The notes: a model not told the origin generated them from the letters alone. A stretch of DNA of 63,514 bases, filler included, from Octopus bimaculoides (GCF_001194135.2; 6 parts of 6 records of this genome joined end to end with filler, not necessarily neighbours in it), one strand, 5' to 3'; counted from the first letter of the whole stretch, positions 14,601 to 28,008 are shown. Translations and numbers: made by a program.

Positions 14601-15872
14601 CAGGGGTTGGACAAAATAATGAAAACACCTTAAAGCTTCAAACAAATTTATTTTAATATGGGGTAGGACCGCCTTTGGCAGTAATTACACCTTGAATTCT
14701 ACGAGGTATGAGCTCGTAGAAAGTTTAAATTCTTTCCAAAGGAATTTTTGTCCATTCTTCAGCTAAAATAGCCTCCAGTTCTTGTAGTAATGATGGTGGA
14801 GAATATCGACTCCTTACTTACTTTTTTTAAATGCACCACAAATGTTCAATAATATTAATATCTGGGGACTGTGGTGGCCAGATAAGATGATCAACTTCAT
14901 TAGAATGTTCCTCGTGCCATTCAGTAACAAATTTAGCTGTGTGAATTGGTGCATTATCATCCTGAAAAGTTGCGTTTCCCTCGGGAAACAATTTTGCAGC
15001 CATAGTATGAATTTTATCAAATAAAATGCTTAAAAAGTCTTGACTATTAATCCTGCCATTAAGGGAAACCACTGGGCCGGCGGATTACCAAGACATAGCT
15101 CTCCAGATCATCACATATCCTCCTTCATGTTTAACAGTTGGAAGAAGGTAGTCTGGGTCAAATGCTTCTTTTGGCTGCCTCCACACGTATACTTGGCAGG
15201 TGGTCGGAAATAAGGTAAATGATGGCTCGTCCGAGAAAATGACATTCTTCCACAGCTCTAGGGACCAATTCTGTAGGTTTTTACTCCGCTCTAAAAGTTT
15301 TACACGTTTGAAAGTAGTGGTTTTCTGATTGCAGCCCTCGCGTGAAAACCGGCTTTGTGCAGCTCTCGACGAACAGTTTTTGTGGAAACTGGGTTCTCGA
15401 CGTGGTCATTAAGCTCTGCAGTAATTTTGGGAGCTGTACTATTGTGATCCTTTCTAACAGCTCGCGTAAGAGTCCAACGATCCCTATTTGAAAATTTTGG
15501 TTTTCTTCCGGGGTTTTGTTTCAACGAGGAGGTTTTACCCTCTTTCTCAAAGGCTGTCATTACTTTCGCAGTACTTCTTGATACACCAAACATTTCGGCT
15601 GTTTTCGTTACGCTAGCACCTGCCATATGAGCACGAACAATTTGACCTCTTTGAAAGTACGATAGATCTGTCATTTTAATGAACTTTAATTACCTTTTTC
15701 TACTGACATCTGAAAAAAAAGAAAAAAAACTGCAAGTTTAGCAAAGCATATTAAGCAACACTAATAATAAATCAAAAAGCATAAAAATAAACAAGCTTTT
15801 GATGGTTTTATAGATGTTTCAAAGTTATGATGCTATGATGCTAGGTGTTTCCATTATTTTGTCCAACCTCTT
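14601..15872 (-). mobile_element. Tc1-family DNA transposon, near full length, disrupted transposase with DD36E spacing
   Basis: TA|CAGGGGTTGGACAAAATAATGAAAACACCT at 14601 and its inverted copy at 15843-15872. Transposase pieces MTDLSYFQRGQIV..., VIFSDE, FQDDNAPIHTA...WPPQSPDINIIEHLW and GGPTPY, with stops and frameshifts. Confidence 0.95.
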
Positions 15873-16136
15873 TCTATATATGCATATCGACGGATTCAGT
15901 TACTCTTTATCCTCTTTTTTCTTCTTTTACTTGTTTCACTCATTAGACAGCGCCCATCCTGGGCCACCACCTTGGATTTTAGCCGAACGAATAAACCAAA
16001 CCGCTAAGTTACAGGACGTAAACACATTTAAACCGCTTGTCAACCTCTGTATATATGCATATATTTATTTCCTCTTGTTTTCTTATTTCATGTTGCTTAC
16101 GTTCTATGACGTCCTGTGCCCATATATGCATATGTA

Positions 16137-16630
16137 TGAGGGTGAGTCAAAACGTAATGCTATTTTGTTTAGGACAGGTAAAATTACCAACACAGGAACA
16201 TGTATCATACATCAAAATGAAGCTGGTCCTCTGTGGATCACATCGCTACTTCTCAACATAGTCACCGTTTCTTTCCATAGCAATGATCCACCTTCGAATG
16301 AGAGCAAGTATCCCTGCCCCGTAAAATTGTGACTGTTCTTTGAGCCACTTCTTCGCTACAGTTTTCACTTCATCGTCACTGAAATAGTGTTTCCCTCTCA
16401 AACCCTCTTTGGTGGCGCCGAAATCTGGTGAGTGTGGAGGTAGTGAAGAAGTGGCTCAAAGGACAGTCACCAGAACTTGGAAAATTGCTATTGAGAGAAA
16501 CGGTGACTATGTTGAGAAGTAGGGATGCGATTCACAGAGGACCAGCTTCATTTTAATTATGATACATGTTCGTGCATTGGTAATTATACCTGTCTTAAAC
16601 AAAATGGCATTACTTTTTGACTCACCCTCG
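16137..16630. mobile_element. Mariner-derived non-autonomous element (MITE) with about 135-bp inverted ends
   Basis: TA|(T/C)GAGGGTGAGTCAAAA...CTCACCCTCG|TA. The minus strand of the left part reads PPHSPDF..KEGLRGKHYFSDDEVKTVAKKWLKEQ...NGDYVEK*, the mariner C-terminus. Confidence 0.9.
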
Positions 16631-16968
16631 TATATACAAATATATGTGTCATATATGTATGTATATATGCATATATATATATATATANNNNNNNNNNNNN
16701 NNNNNNNNNNNNNNNNNNNNNNNNNNNNNNNNNNNNNNNNNNNNNNNNNNNNNNNNNNNNNNNNNNNNNNNNNNNNNNNNNNNNNNNNNNNNNNNNNNNN
16801 NNNNNNNNNNNNNNNNNNNNNNNNNNNNNNNNNNNNNNNNNNNNNNNNNNNNNNNNNNNNNNNNNNNNNNNNNNNNNNNNNNNNNNNNNNNNNNNNNNNN
16901 NNNNNNNNNNNNNNNNNNNNNNNNNNNNNNNNNNNNNNNNNNNNNNNNNATATATATATATATACATA

Positions 16969-17194
16969 TTGGGTTGGCAACTAAGTTGCCGCGGCGTTTT
17001 TAAATTTTGGAATCTATTTTTTTTTTTGTTCTAGTTAATTTTAGTTAATTTTTGTTTATTTTCAGATCATTGAAATGGAATATCAAGTTAAGAAAAACGA
17101 ATATTTTCGACACCTCCTTCTTGCTTTTAATGAAGGTTCTAAGGCCGCAAAAGCTGCTCCCGACATTTGTGCTGTGTATGGAGAGGGTGCCATT
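16969..17194 (+). mobile_element. Mariner transposon 5' fragment (mellifera-like TIR)
   Basis: TA|TTGGGTTGGCAACTAAGT TIR, then MEYQVKKNEYFRHLLLAFNEGSKAAKAAPDICAVYGEGAI, a mariner N-terminal HTH. Similarity stops at about 17194. Confidence 0.85.
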
Positions 17195-18931
17195 CTTAGA
17201 TTTCAAAGCTCAAAATCAAATACTCTTAAATCCAAAATCATGCTTATCCCCATCATCACGTTTGCCCTCCCTAAATCATTTCTACTTAACAATCACATCA
17301 CAACTTTGCGAACCTTGGAAAGATTTTCGACAACAAAAATGTGCAAGGGAATTTCTTTTTTCATCTACGAATACCGCATGCAAGGAAAGGAGGAAGTCAC
17401 TTCAATTTGGAGGTAAAAATGATCGCTAACAACAGGGGAAAAATCAGAAATGTCATAACACGTGATTTACTGTTGTCTCGTCCATCAGTGTTATTAAGGG
17501 TAAGGGAAGGGTTTTAAACGCTGTAGAATGTTCAGGTGCATTGCAGACGACAATTTACCGAAGACGCGACAAGGGCATATCTACAATATGGATAAATTGT
17601 TAATGCTCTTGATCGATGACCAGATACAAATACATGAACCAACAATTTAAAGTTAGGCATCTAGCATTTTTAAATCTTCGAAGAAACAAAAGTGAGAGGG
17701 ATACAATGAAAACTTTGAAACTAGGAATGTTTAATCGTTAAAAAAAAGAAGAAAAAGTATCTCCATAATGCCCGAGCAGCGAATGCCGAAGTATATTAAA
17801 ACTATGGGTAAATTAATCACAAATTTTTCCCAAACACTTCAAGTTTTCTCAAATTTTCCCCAGATTATTTTCAGAGAAGGTGGTTTTGCATGTTGGTGAC
17901 GAAAATCGTGTTACACTTTTCTGGAAATTGATAATAAAAGGTTAAAATAATTTAAAGCCATGTAATTTTAGTCAATGGTTAAGCCCAACTGTCAATGTTG
18001 TTATGGAAATCAGCATTCACAACCAAGTCGAAAGCTTTACGTGGTCTCTCGACTTGCTTGAAATAGCAGCCAAATCGTCGTTCAATTACACCATAACAAC
18101 AAAAAAATTACTAAAAGGCAAAATGAACGACACAATGTATAATGTAGTTTGTACTGCTTTTTAAGCTTTTAGTGGCTCTAATTCAGTGCTAAAATGACTG
18201 TCATTAGCTGGTTACACAAATTTACCACAATTTACTACAACGGTTGTTTCAAGCTGGCTGCGAGTGAATATACATATTTACAATATTTCTATTTTGAATG
18301 TATTGTTTGCATTGTGCACCCTTTATTGATTATAAGAAGGGTTTCAAAAACCATCTTCTAGATTGGATTTTTCCCCCCTATCTTAAAAGTACCTGTTCGT
18401 TTTGTGTTACCACAAAGCATTTCGTTGTAATTTAAAAAATAATATAATAGTAAGCAAATTACAAAACGAGGAAAAGGATGAATACATTATGAAGTAAATA
18501 TAAGACATAAAAGACGAAGAAAGCATGTGAAATGCCGCTCCCTCACCATAACCATTACGACCATTTCGAGTTACGACTCGTGGGGTGCAACAGAACCCGA
18601 TTTCAAGTTCAGGAGTGCCAGTGTAGGTGAGTGTAAGAGAAGGCCTCCAGGAGTGTGTACCTGAATATATCTATATGTATGTATGTATGTATGTATGCAT
18701 GCATGTATGTATACATGCATGCATGCATGTATGTATGTATTCATTATGCATACATACATACACACATACATACATACAAAGATACATACATACATACATA
18801 CATACATACATAAATATAAATATATATATATATATGTATATATATANNNNNNNNNNNNNNNNNNNNNNNNNNNNNNNNNNNNNNNNNNNNNNNNNNNNNN
18901 NNNNNNNNNNNNNNNNNNNNNNNNNNNNNNN

Positions 18932-18966
<35 letters not shown>

Positions 18967-21104
18967 TATACGCGCAGAATACATGCAGGACACACTTATA
19001 CACATGTTTGTGTGTATGTGTGTATATAAATGTGTACACAAATACTGCTTTAATCAATATATTGTATAATCAATAGATTTGTTACGGGATATTGCACCAC
19101 AGTAGTATATATATGGCCTCTGTACAATGCAGTACTAGATAGAAAGATCATAACTATTGTTCATGCATCATATCAACAGGAATGTCCACAATTCTTCTCA
19201 TGTTTGCTTCTGTTTTTCTTAAATCTATATTTGCAATAACGAACTATCATCTTCGTCTTCAGCAGCAACAACAACAACAACAACAATAACAACAACAACA
19301 ACCATTTCAACATCAACAACGATGATGATTATCATAATAATGATAATAATAGTAATAATGATGATGATGGTGATGATGAGATGATAATAATAATTCATTT
19401 GTTTAATGCGTCCACAAAAATGGAATTTTAAAGATTTTTAGCCGGCTTATATTTATCATTTGTGTATGAATGAAGTATAGGGAAAACAGTTAGACAAAAA
19501 TGTCTTGTTATCAAACTACTTGCTTTTGAAATGAAAATAAACGTCACAAGATGAAAAAAAAGGTTCATTTTTAAAATGTATTTTATTTCTGCTAACAAAT
19601 AGCGCTTGGCATTGGAACAAATTTATTATTCTAAATATCAGCCATGAAATCTCATAATTTCATTATTACCACTAGAAATCTCATTAAAATAATATATTAT
19701 CAAACTGTTTCGTATGTATATCATGAATAAATAATTTAATCAGCTTTAAAGATTTAAGAATAAACTAATGTACAAGAAGAACAATAGCGGGTGGACGGCA
19801 GGGCGATGGCGGTGATGCTGTTGTTAATGGTGATGATGTTATTGTTAGGCTGTTGGTGGGGTAGTTTGCAAGTATCTCTCCCCACGATATTGACTGGCTT
19901 CGTTGCTGCTAGACTTCAGTACTCACACATGGAACATAGGGTGTGATTGCTTTTAAACGACAATTGTTGTTTCACCTGCTGCTGCTGCTGTTGTCGCCGC
20001 TGCCGTCACAGTGAGGGTGGTTGCCATACACGGTATTGTTAATGTTGTTCTCACTATTATTGTTGCCTTTCATATATTTAAAATTCTAAATACGATTAAA
20101 TTTATAATGGTAAACTAAGATATGATAATGGAGTATGTCTTATTAATAATCCATGGATGCCATAGAAATTATATACACCTATAATATATAAATCAATACA
20201 AATTTACATGCTCAAAATTCATTATCAGCTTAAATATTTATATTCAGTCATTCATTCTTTCATTCATTTGTATGTATGTATGTATGTATGTATGTATGAA
20301 TGTATGTATGTATGTATGTATGTATGTATGCACATGTATATGTGAATATACTTTTGAATGTCTGTATATGTATACATATATACATACACACATGCGTACA
20401 CAGGCACAATATTTTATGTGTTTATGCTTTATGTAAATGATTTACTGGCTATGTACAATATGTAAACGTTGTACACATGAACATACTTACATGTTGTGTA
20501 CGTAGAATTTTATGTGTATTATATATATAATTCGTATAATACACACACATGTATGTATGCACTTATGCGTATGGATGTATTTTTTAATGTGTATATGTAC
20601 TGAGTATGCATTTGTATCTTTATTTCTTCAAGACTATCTAACTAGTAAAACCATTTTACTTTGCTACCCTTACAACGTGCAGATGGTAACATTTCAAGGA
20701 CCATTTCTAAAACTTCAAAAGAAAAATAGGAAAGAAAACGATAACCTTTATTCCAAAAAATGATTAGTCCACACGGACCAGTTTGCGACGAAATGCCGGT
20801 CGTATAAGTTATATATAATCTTGCATTTATTATTTTCTGTGCAAACTAATGGGTTGCGACAGTATACTAGATTTCCAAATATACACTGCAACATAAAGTG
20901 CCTCACAATAATCCATTGGTACAAAATCCCACCAGCATCGCCAACTATTTCACTGAGTAACATACCACAATTTCACAACACTTTAAACCTTCTCGTAAAC
21001 ATCATCATCGAAGATTTCATTGCTCTTAGCAACTTGCATTTTTCCGGTAATACAGAAGGAAAGAGAGGTATTTTTATACCATGTCATATAGACACCATCA
21101 ACAT

Positions 21105-21476
21105 CAGGGGTCCTCTCAACCATTTTTTTATATGGACCTCTTTCATTACTGTTTTATTCTGGTGGATCCCCCATAGTCATTCAATGTTTAAAAACTAGTT
21201 TTATAGATGCTTCTTTCAAAATTCTATTTTGCTTTTCACCTACACAAGTTCAACCTACACAAATTAATACTTGTGTAGGTTGAACTATATAAAATGTTAG
21301 AGAAAGAAACCAAGCTGTTTCTTGCAATACATACTAATACATACATCTAAAACAAACTTTATTTAGATGCCCTTAAACTACTATTGTGGATCCTCAATTT
21401 GCTATTTTGTTGCGTGGACCCCAAATTTCTTATATGGATCATCAGAGGTCATATGAATCCCGAACGAGAACTACTG
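21105..21476. mobile_element. hAT-type MITE
   Basis: Left end CAGGGGTCCTCTCAACC, degenerate right end ...GAGAACTACTG. The flanking 8-mers ATCAACAT and ATCTACAT match at 7 of 8 positions, a typical hAT TSD length. Confidence 0.7.
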
Positions 21477-24400
21477 ATCTACATTGTAAATGACCCACAC
21501 TAAACACTCATATTGCTCACCGAAAGCAATTGCAACAACTCTTTCCAAACATTTCCGGTTCAATATCCATTCACAACACCAACTTTTAATTTAGTAACTA
21601 AATATAGAAGAGAAAAAATGATTCTATTCTTAATATCCTCGACATCAGCTTTTGATCCATTCTCCGCTATCTGCTCACACAAAATACTTAACACTTCTCG
21701 AAGTAATTGCTCATCTTCACTTCAAACTTACAACATGAAATACACAAGAAGTACACTTAAAAAACCTGCAAGTTTCGATTTGAGCGGATAAAACCTTTCG
21801 CAGTCTTTTTATATTACACTTACACGACCATCACACGATTCCACACAACATTTAGACAATCTCGTAAGCAGATGACATCACAATCACATCCTCCCACTAC
21901 TACCCAGTAATTATCACCCAACTACTCATAAACCTACTTAAATTACTATGACACCTACTTGCATAACAACACACTTAAAGTAATACCTATCTAATTCACT
22001 GTCTTTGAGCATTAAATGCAATGACCTCTTCAACACTAACAGAGCAAACACCCAGAACATAGAGATACAACTTTTATACAACCTTCTCAGTACACGTCGA
22101 GGATTTTGCAAAGAAAGCAAATTAACATAGAAACATACTTAGACTAATGATAAGTACAACATTTGATGAATAGAAAGAGGAAAAATAAACAAGTATATTG
22201 TATGAAGACTATATTAAAACCATCATGGACTATGATAATATTGCTTGGAACCCTATTCTTTCGACAACAAGCAGCAACAGACTACAAGGGGTACAAAGCG
22301 AACACAGCACATCGCATCAGTTTGTGCACTCTCCACTTTGAATAAAAGAAAATGCCTAAACAACAAACATACATACAAAAGATAAAATTGAAAATCCAAA
22401 TCCTCCGGATATGTAACCAGTACAGTTGCTGCTGAAACTTGTTTCAATCTCCACAGTTGGAATTATTTCCAGAAAAGCCAACGCCAAACACACTAGTATG
22501 TACGCAATATCCCTTCTCTATAGTTCTATTAAGACATCCTCAAAACGTCCCACTCATCACGGCCAAGGATAAAGAACATATACATCTAGAAGGAGCTACA
22601 ATATCAAAAGCTTCATTGACTCCTAACCCCGAGCTGAGCCGCAGGCCACCACCAGTAAGAGCAGAGTAACAGTAAACATGATACTCGACTGACTTCACTC
22701 TGTTGGGAGTCACCGTGACGGCTACTAACAGAACCCGAGGCTAAACATATATAAGAATAAACCGGATAGTGGACAGGACACTATAAGCTCACATCGTCAC
22801 ACTGAACGCCATGTGATTCCCCATTGCATGTTGGAGTGTTCCGTATGGTCCTCGATTAAATGGAAACACGGTATGACTAGAAATCAGGCTGTGTGGAGTT
22901 AGACCATGTTCCTCGGACCCACTAACTATGTGCCATAGAGTACTTGATGTAAGCTGACAATATTTCATCATCCACATAACCACCACCACCACCACCACCA
23001 CCACCACCACCACCACCAAGAACAACAACAACAACAGCAACATCATCATCATCATCATCATCCTCAACATCATCATAACAGCACCAGCGTTGTTGTCGTA
23101 GCCGTAGTGGTGGTGGTCGTCATCATCATCATGAGTAACAAATAACAACAAAAACAACGAAAATGCGTTGTATTTACTTGCTTTTATTTGCTGTGAATTC
23201 TTGGATGTTTTCCCCCTTTTTTCTTGTTTGAAAGCTTTCTGATGATACCCTTCCACAATCAGGTTTTTCTATAGTTTGTCAACGATATCTCAGTAATTAA
23301 AAATATGGCCGAATTTTAGAACTTTCAGGCTGTTGTTGATATATTGTATCTGAGTTTTTTCTTGCATCTATTTTATTTTTTGCACTTACCATTTTTTATT
23401 TTTTTAGTTGATCATCACACACGACCCTCCACAATTAGTTGAAGAAGAAGAAACCAAGACGAAATAGTTATCTCTGACCAGACGACTGCTCCAGATATTT
23501 CCAACAGAGTGGATTCTGCTCAAGTCACGCAAAAGTCAATGGTGGTTGTATTTAACACAAATAAGAACTGATTCAGTTCATCCTACACGTTTTTGCATAT
23601 TTTCTGTCAAGCTAACTTCTCTCACAAAGATGTAAATGACCTAAAGCTATAACAGACACTTGAGCCATGTTTCGCGTAGTTTTATGTGTTTATATTTGTG
23701 TGTATGTGTGTGTGCCTGCGTGCGTGCGTGTATGAGTGCATTGGTACATACGTATTTCTATGTCTGTATGCATATGTGTCGTATTAATTATGTACATCGA
23801 ATTTGATCTCAGTCATAATCTAATTTTTAGTTCAGGAAACTTAATTATTTTTCACAAGTCTTTAGCAAAATGATGAATGTTACAAGCTTTTGTGTTACCC
23901 GGGGGCATTATTAACCTAGATGAAGTTTTCCACATGGAAGCCATGCTTGTGTCCTATGAGTCTCTAATAAGTATCATATATAGTCTATCGCTCTATAATG
24001 AGTCTAGGCTATTTCTTTGATTAGGTTTTGTGTGTAACAATGTCAGATTTTGGTTAAATAGCTTTATCGCATTTATAGTTGCTTCTCTCTGATAGTGACT
24101 AAAATGATTACATTGTTACAGGTATTTTAGGGTCACAAGCGGATCGTCCGTTAAGTTGTACACTTCATCCGAGGGAGACAATAAAGACTGAATAACTCTT
24201 CGTCTACAAAAGCTTTCCCTTTGCGGCCTCCTGTTAACGAACCCCAACTTGAACTGGTCGTAGCTCCCATCGCTATCTCTCTTCAGTTGTTTGGAATCTA
24301 AACAAATTTTCTTCAAGAAATATCGCTCCGATATTACTAGGAAACTAGGACAGTCGAATTCAATAGAGAATGTGTTATCTTGGGACAAGTATTTGGCTTT

Positions 24401-25710
24401 CTTCAGCTTGTACCATTCGTCTGTCGCTGGTGGTTATTTCAGACGTAATTACGTCTTCTGATTCACCCACTCGTTTTGAGCCCCAAACGGGTGGAGCAAA
24501 TTGGTTTTTGATACTGTGGTTTGCCTTCTGGCCCTGGTCCTCGTTCGACGAGGAAGCAGCTCCAAGTCTCTGAAAAATAGACTTCCGGTACTATCTGGTG
24601 TTTTGCGTTGCTGTGGTCATTCTTTGTGTTTAGGTTTTCCTCGGCGAATTTCCATTCCTCATCCTTAAAGAATATTCCACCATTATTGATGCATCACCAT
24701 CTGGTTTCATGTTCCTGTCTTGTTACATCGTGCCTTATAGTCGTAAAACCGTTGATCCAACTTTTATAGCAGATTGTTTCGGGGTTTTAACCCTAACATT
24801 GTTTTGTGCACTCTTGCCAGATCGTCAACCTTTCATATAAGTCAGTAAATCTTCACCTGTCATCTACGGGTCCTTTCGCAACTGTCACAACAGATATAAT
24901 AAATCTTATAACTACAAAATACCCTTACTGTGTACAACTTTTGAATTTCTTCCAGGCTCTGTGCAATTAATCAACTTTGGAAAATTTCTCAAACAGCTGA
25001 AACAGTGCTGTTAAAGCGCGCGGGCGCACACCCACACTCACAAACCCCCACACACCGTACCTCCATACATATTCGCACACATACACTCATACACATACAC
25101 ATATATGCATACGCACACGCACACACACAGACACACACCACAAATAAATGTATATATGTGTGTGTGTATATATATATATACATATATATATATACACATA
25201 CATATATATTTATATATATTTTTATATATGCACACACACACATATACTTTCATTCTTGTATTCTTTTATTAGTTTAAGTCGTTTGATTGCGGCCATACTG
25301 GAGCACCAACCTGAAGGCTTTTAGTCGAACAAAGTAACCCGAGGACATATTTTTAAAATCCTAGTACTTATTCTATTGGTCTCTTTTTACCGAACCTCTA
25401 AGTTACGGGGACGTAAACACAACGAAACCAGTTGTGAAGTAGTGATGGATGGCACAAACATAGACACAAAGATACACACACGCACACAGAGATACACACA
25501 CATATATTTATACATACTTATACACACACACACAGATACATATATATATATATATATATANNNNNNNNNNNNNNNNNNNNNNNNNNNNNNNNNNNNNNNN
25601 NNNNTTAATTAATTAANNNNNNNNNNNNNNNNNNNNNNNNNNNNNNNNNNNNNNNNNNNNTTCTTCTTCTTCTTCTTCTTCTTCTTCTTCTTCTTCTTCT
25701 TCTTCTTCTT

Positions 25711-25741
<31 letters not shown>

Positions 25742-25980
25742 TTATTATTATTATTATTATTATAGTATAGATTACTGTATCTAGTGGTAATACAAATAAA
25801 ATTTTTCAAAACTATGATTATTTTTAATTTCTGCTCAATCTCCCATTGGTGGTATACCTATATCAGACACAAGAAAGAATTTTTTCCTACACCTTTTGGG
25901 AAAAACTGTATCCAATAGCTATTTCATGTGTTTTGTTGAGTGTTCTGTTTTTCGCAGCATGTTATTAAATCACGAAGAAG

Positions 25981-26300
25981 CTACCCAAACGGCCTACGCC
26001 TTCTAAGGCTTCTAGCAGTGAACTTAAGCGCCAGAAAGAGATTATGATGTTTCATGAGAAGGTACAACTGCTGGATATGCTCCAGGAAGGTAAAAGTTAT
26101 GCTGCAGCCGGTTGCGGTTATAATGTAAACGAAATCACTATACGCTACATAAAGAAAAACGAAGTAGCGATCAGGTCTGCTGTAGAAATAAGTTTCGCTT
26201 CTGTAAAAGTGCCAAAAAGGTAACGACAGTGAGAAATAAGCACTTGGTCAGGATGGAATCTACCTTGGCCCTGTGGATCAGTTACTGCAAGAAGGAAAAC
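25981..26300 (+). mobile_element. pogo/Tigger transposase N-terminal fragment (psq and CENP-B HTH)
   Basis: PKRPTPSKASSSELKRQKEIMMFHEKVQLLDMLQEGKSYAAAGCGYNVNEITIRYIKKNE, then after a frameshift RNKHLVRMESTLALWISYCKKEN. Confidence 0.85.
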
Positions 26301-26516
26301 TCGGAAATTATACCAGTAGCTCGACAGAGGAGACAGAGCAGAAGGCATCGAAGAACCGTAACCAAAACCATTAACAGCACCGGCGCCTAAAGATTTTCAA
26401 GCCAGCAAGAGATAGTTTGACTAGTGGCTGTGTGATAAGTAGCTTCCTTACCAACCACATCGTTCTTGTGAGTGGAGTTGGTAGACGGAAACTGAAAGAA
26501 GCCCGTCATATATATG

Positions 26517-26565
<49 letters not shown>

Positions 26566-26685
26566 GCATGTGTGTGTATATGTTTGTGTGTCTCTGTTTG
26601 TCCCCTCGACTTTGCTTGACAACCGATGCTGGTGTGTTTACGTCCCCGTAACTTAGCAGTTGGGCAAAAAAGAACGATGCTGCTG

Positions 26686-27345
26686 TCGTACACTAATTAC
26701 GAAATCATATGATATGCAGCTGAGTCTGGTATTAAAACGCTCGCTTCGAGAGTTGGATTACTTCGTGTTCGATACAATGTGTTTATTATGGTAGTTTTGA
26801 CTTGAAGTGTCCCTCCTAGCGTGAGGCATTTATGTATAGTAATGCCCTTAATATAAATAAATATATTTATAAGGAATTATTAATAAATTTTCCCTTAGAA
26901 GGCTTTTCATGCTAACTACTTGATAAATTCTTATAAAGATTTTAGCCAATTTTTAAATTGTAAATTTAACTGAATATAATCAGTGCTGAATTTTATTCTG
27001 AATAAACACGTGTACCGAGATGCAATTCGAAAAGGCCGCCTCTTACATAGAATGTAAATGTGAGCAATTTCTATGTCGTATGCTTGATACATGAGGTGTT
27101 CATCTGATATGCTGATTTTTGTTTATTTTTATATGTCTTGACTATACTTGCACTGACGATTAAAAAGTGTATTTTGTGCACCAGTTATGAAATCATATAA
27201 TATCCAGATGAGTCTGGTTTTAAAGGTCGCTTCGGGAGTTGCATTACCCCGCGTTCGGTACAATGTGTTTATTATGGTAATTTTGACTTTAAGAGCCCCC
27301 TCCTAGAGTGAGGCATTTATGTATAGTAATGCCCTTAATATAAAT
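26686..27345. repeat. Direct repeat pair of about 170 bp (26686-26858 and 27176-27345)
   Basis: Both contain TACAATGTGTTTATTATGGTA and GTGAGGCATTTATGTATAGTAATGCCCTTAATATAAAT. Confidence 0.85.
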
Positions 27346-27832
27346 GTTNNNNNNNNNNNNNNNNNNNNNNNNNNNNNATTTATATATATGTGTAAATACT
27401 TACACTGATATATTTTTCATCTTTTACTTTTTACGTGTTCAGTCATAAGACAACGGCCTCGCGGCTCCATATTGAGTTCCTTTTTTTATAGCCGAATGAA
27501 TCGACCCTAGTACTTATTTTTAAGCCTAGTACTTATTCTCTCGGTTACTTTTCTGGAACCGTTAAGTTACGGGTTGTGTAAACACTTCAGCATCTGTTGC
27601 CAGAAAGTGACGTTGGAACAAACTGACAGAAAGACACGCACACATAAATATATACCTACATATACATACATACACACATACATACATACATGCACATATA
27701 CATACATTCATATACACACACAAACACACACACAAACATATATATTTATATATAATATGCCTGCGGCCACTAACGTTGTTCTTTTTATGAATAATATTGA
27801 TCTTATACATATACATACACACACACACATAT

Positions 27833-27866
<34 letters not shown>

Positions 27867-27867
27867 C

Positions 27868-28008
27868 AACGGACAACGGGCTTCTTTCAGTTTCCGTCTA
27901 CGAAATCCACTCTCAAGGCTGTAGTGGAAGACACTTGCCCAAATTGCCATGCAGTGGGACTGGACCCTCAAACACGTGGTTTGGGAAGCGAGCTTCTAAT
28001 CACACAAC
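27868..28008 (-). mobile_element. SINE family A copy
   Basis: GGGCTTCTTTCAGTTTCCGTCTACGAAATCCACTC...GCAGTGGGACTGGACCC is the reverse complement of family A. Confidence 0.75.

Noticed and set aside
20748-20963. Minus ORF with C..NNKC.I, superficially like a nuclear-receptor zinc finger
   Set aside because: The remaining conserved cysteines and basic residues are missing, and there are no convincing splice sites.
21590-21745. Minus frame SEDEQLLREVLSILCEQIAENGSK..., faintly like the ATRIP C-terminal region
   Set aside because: Bounded by stops, with only weak acceptors and no donor before the stop. It is also three assembly joins away from ATRIP.
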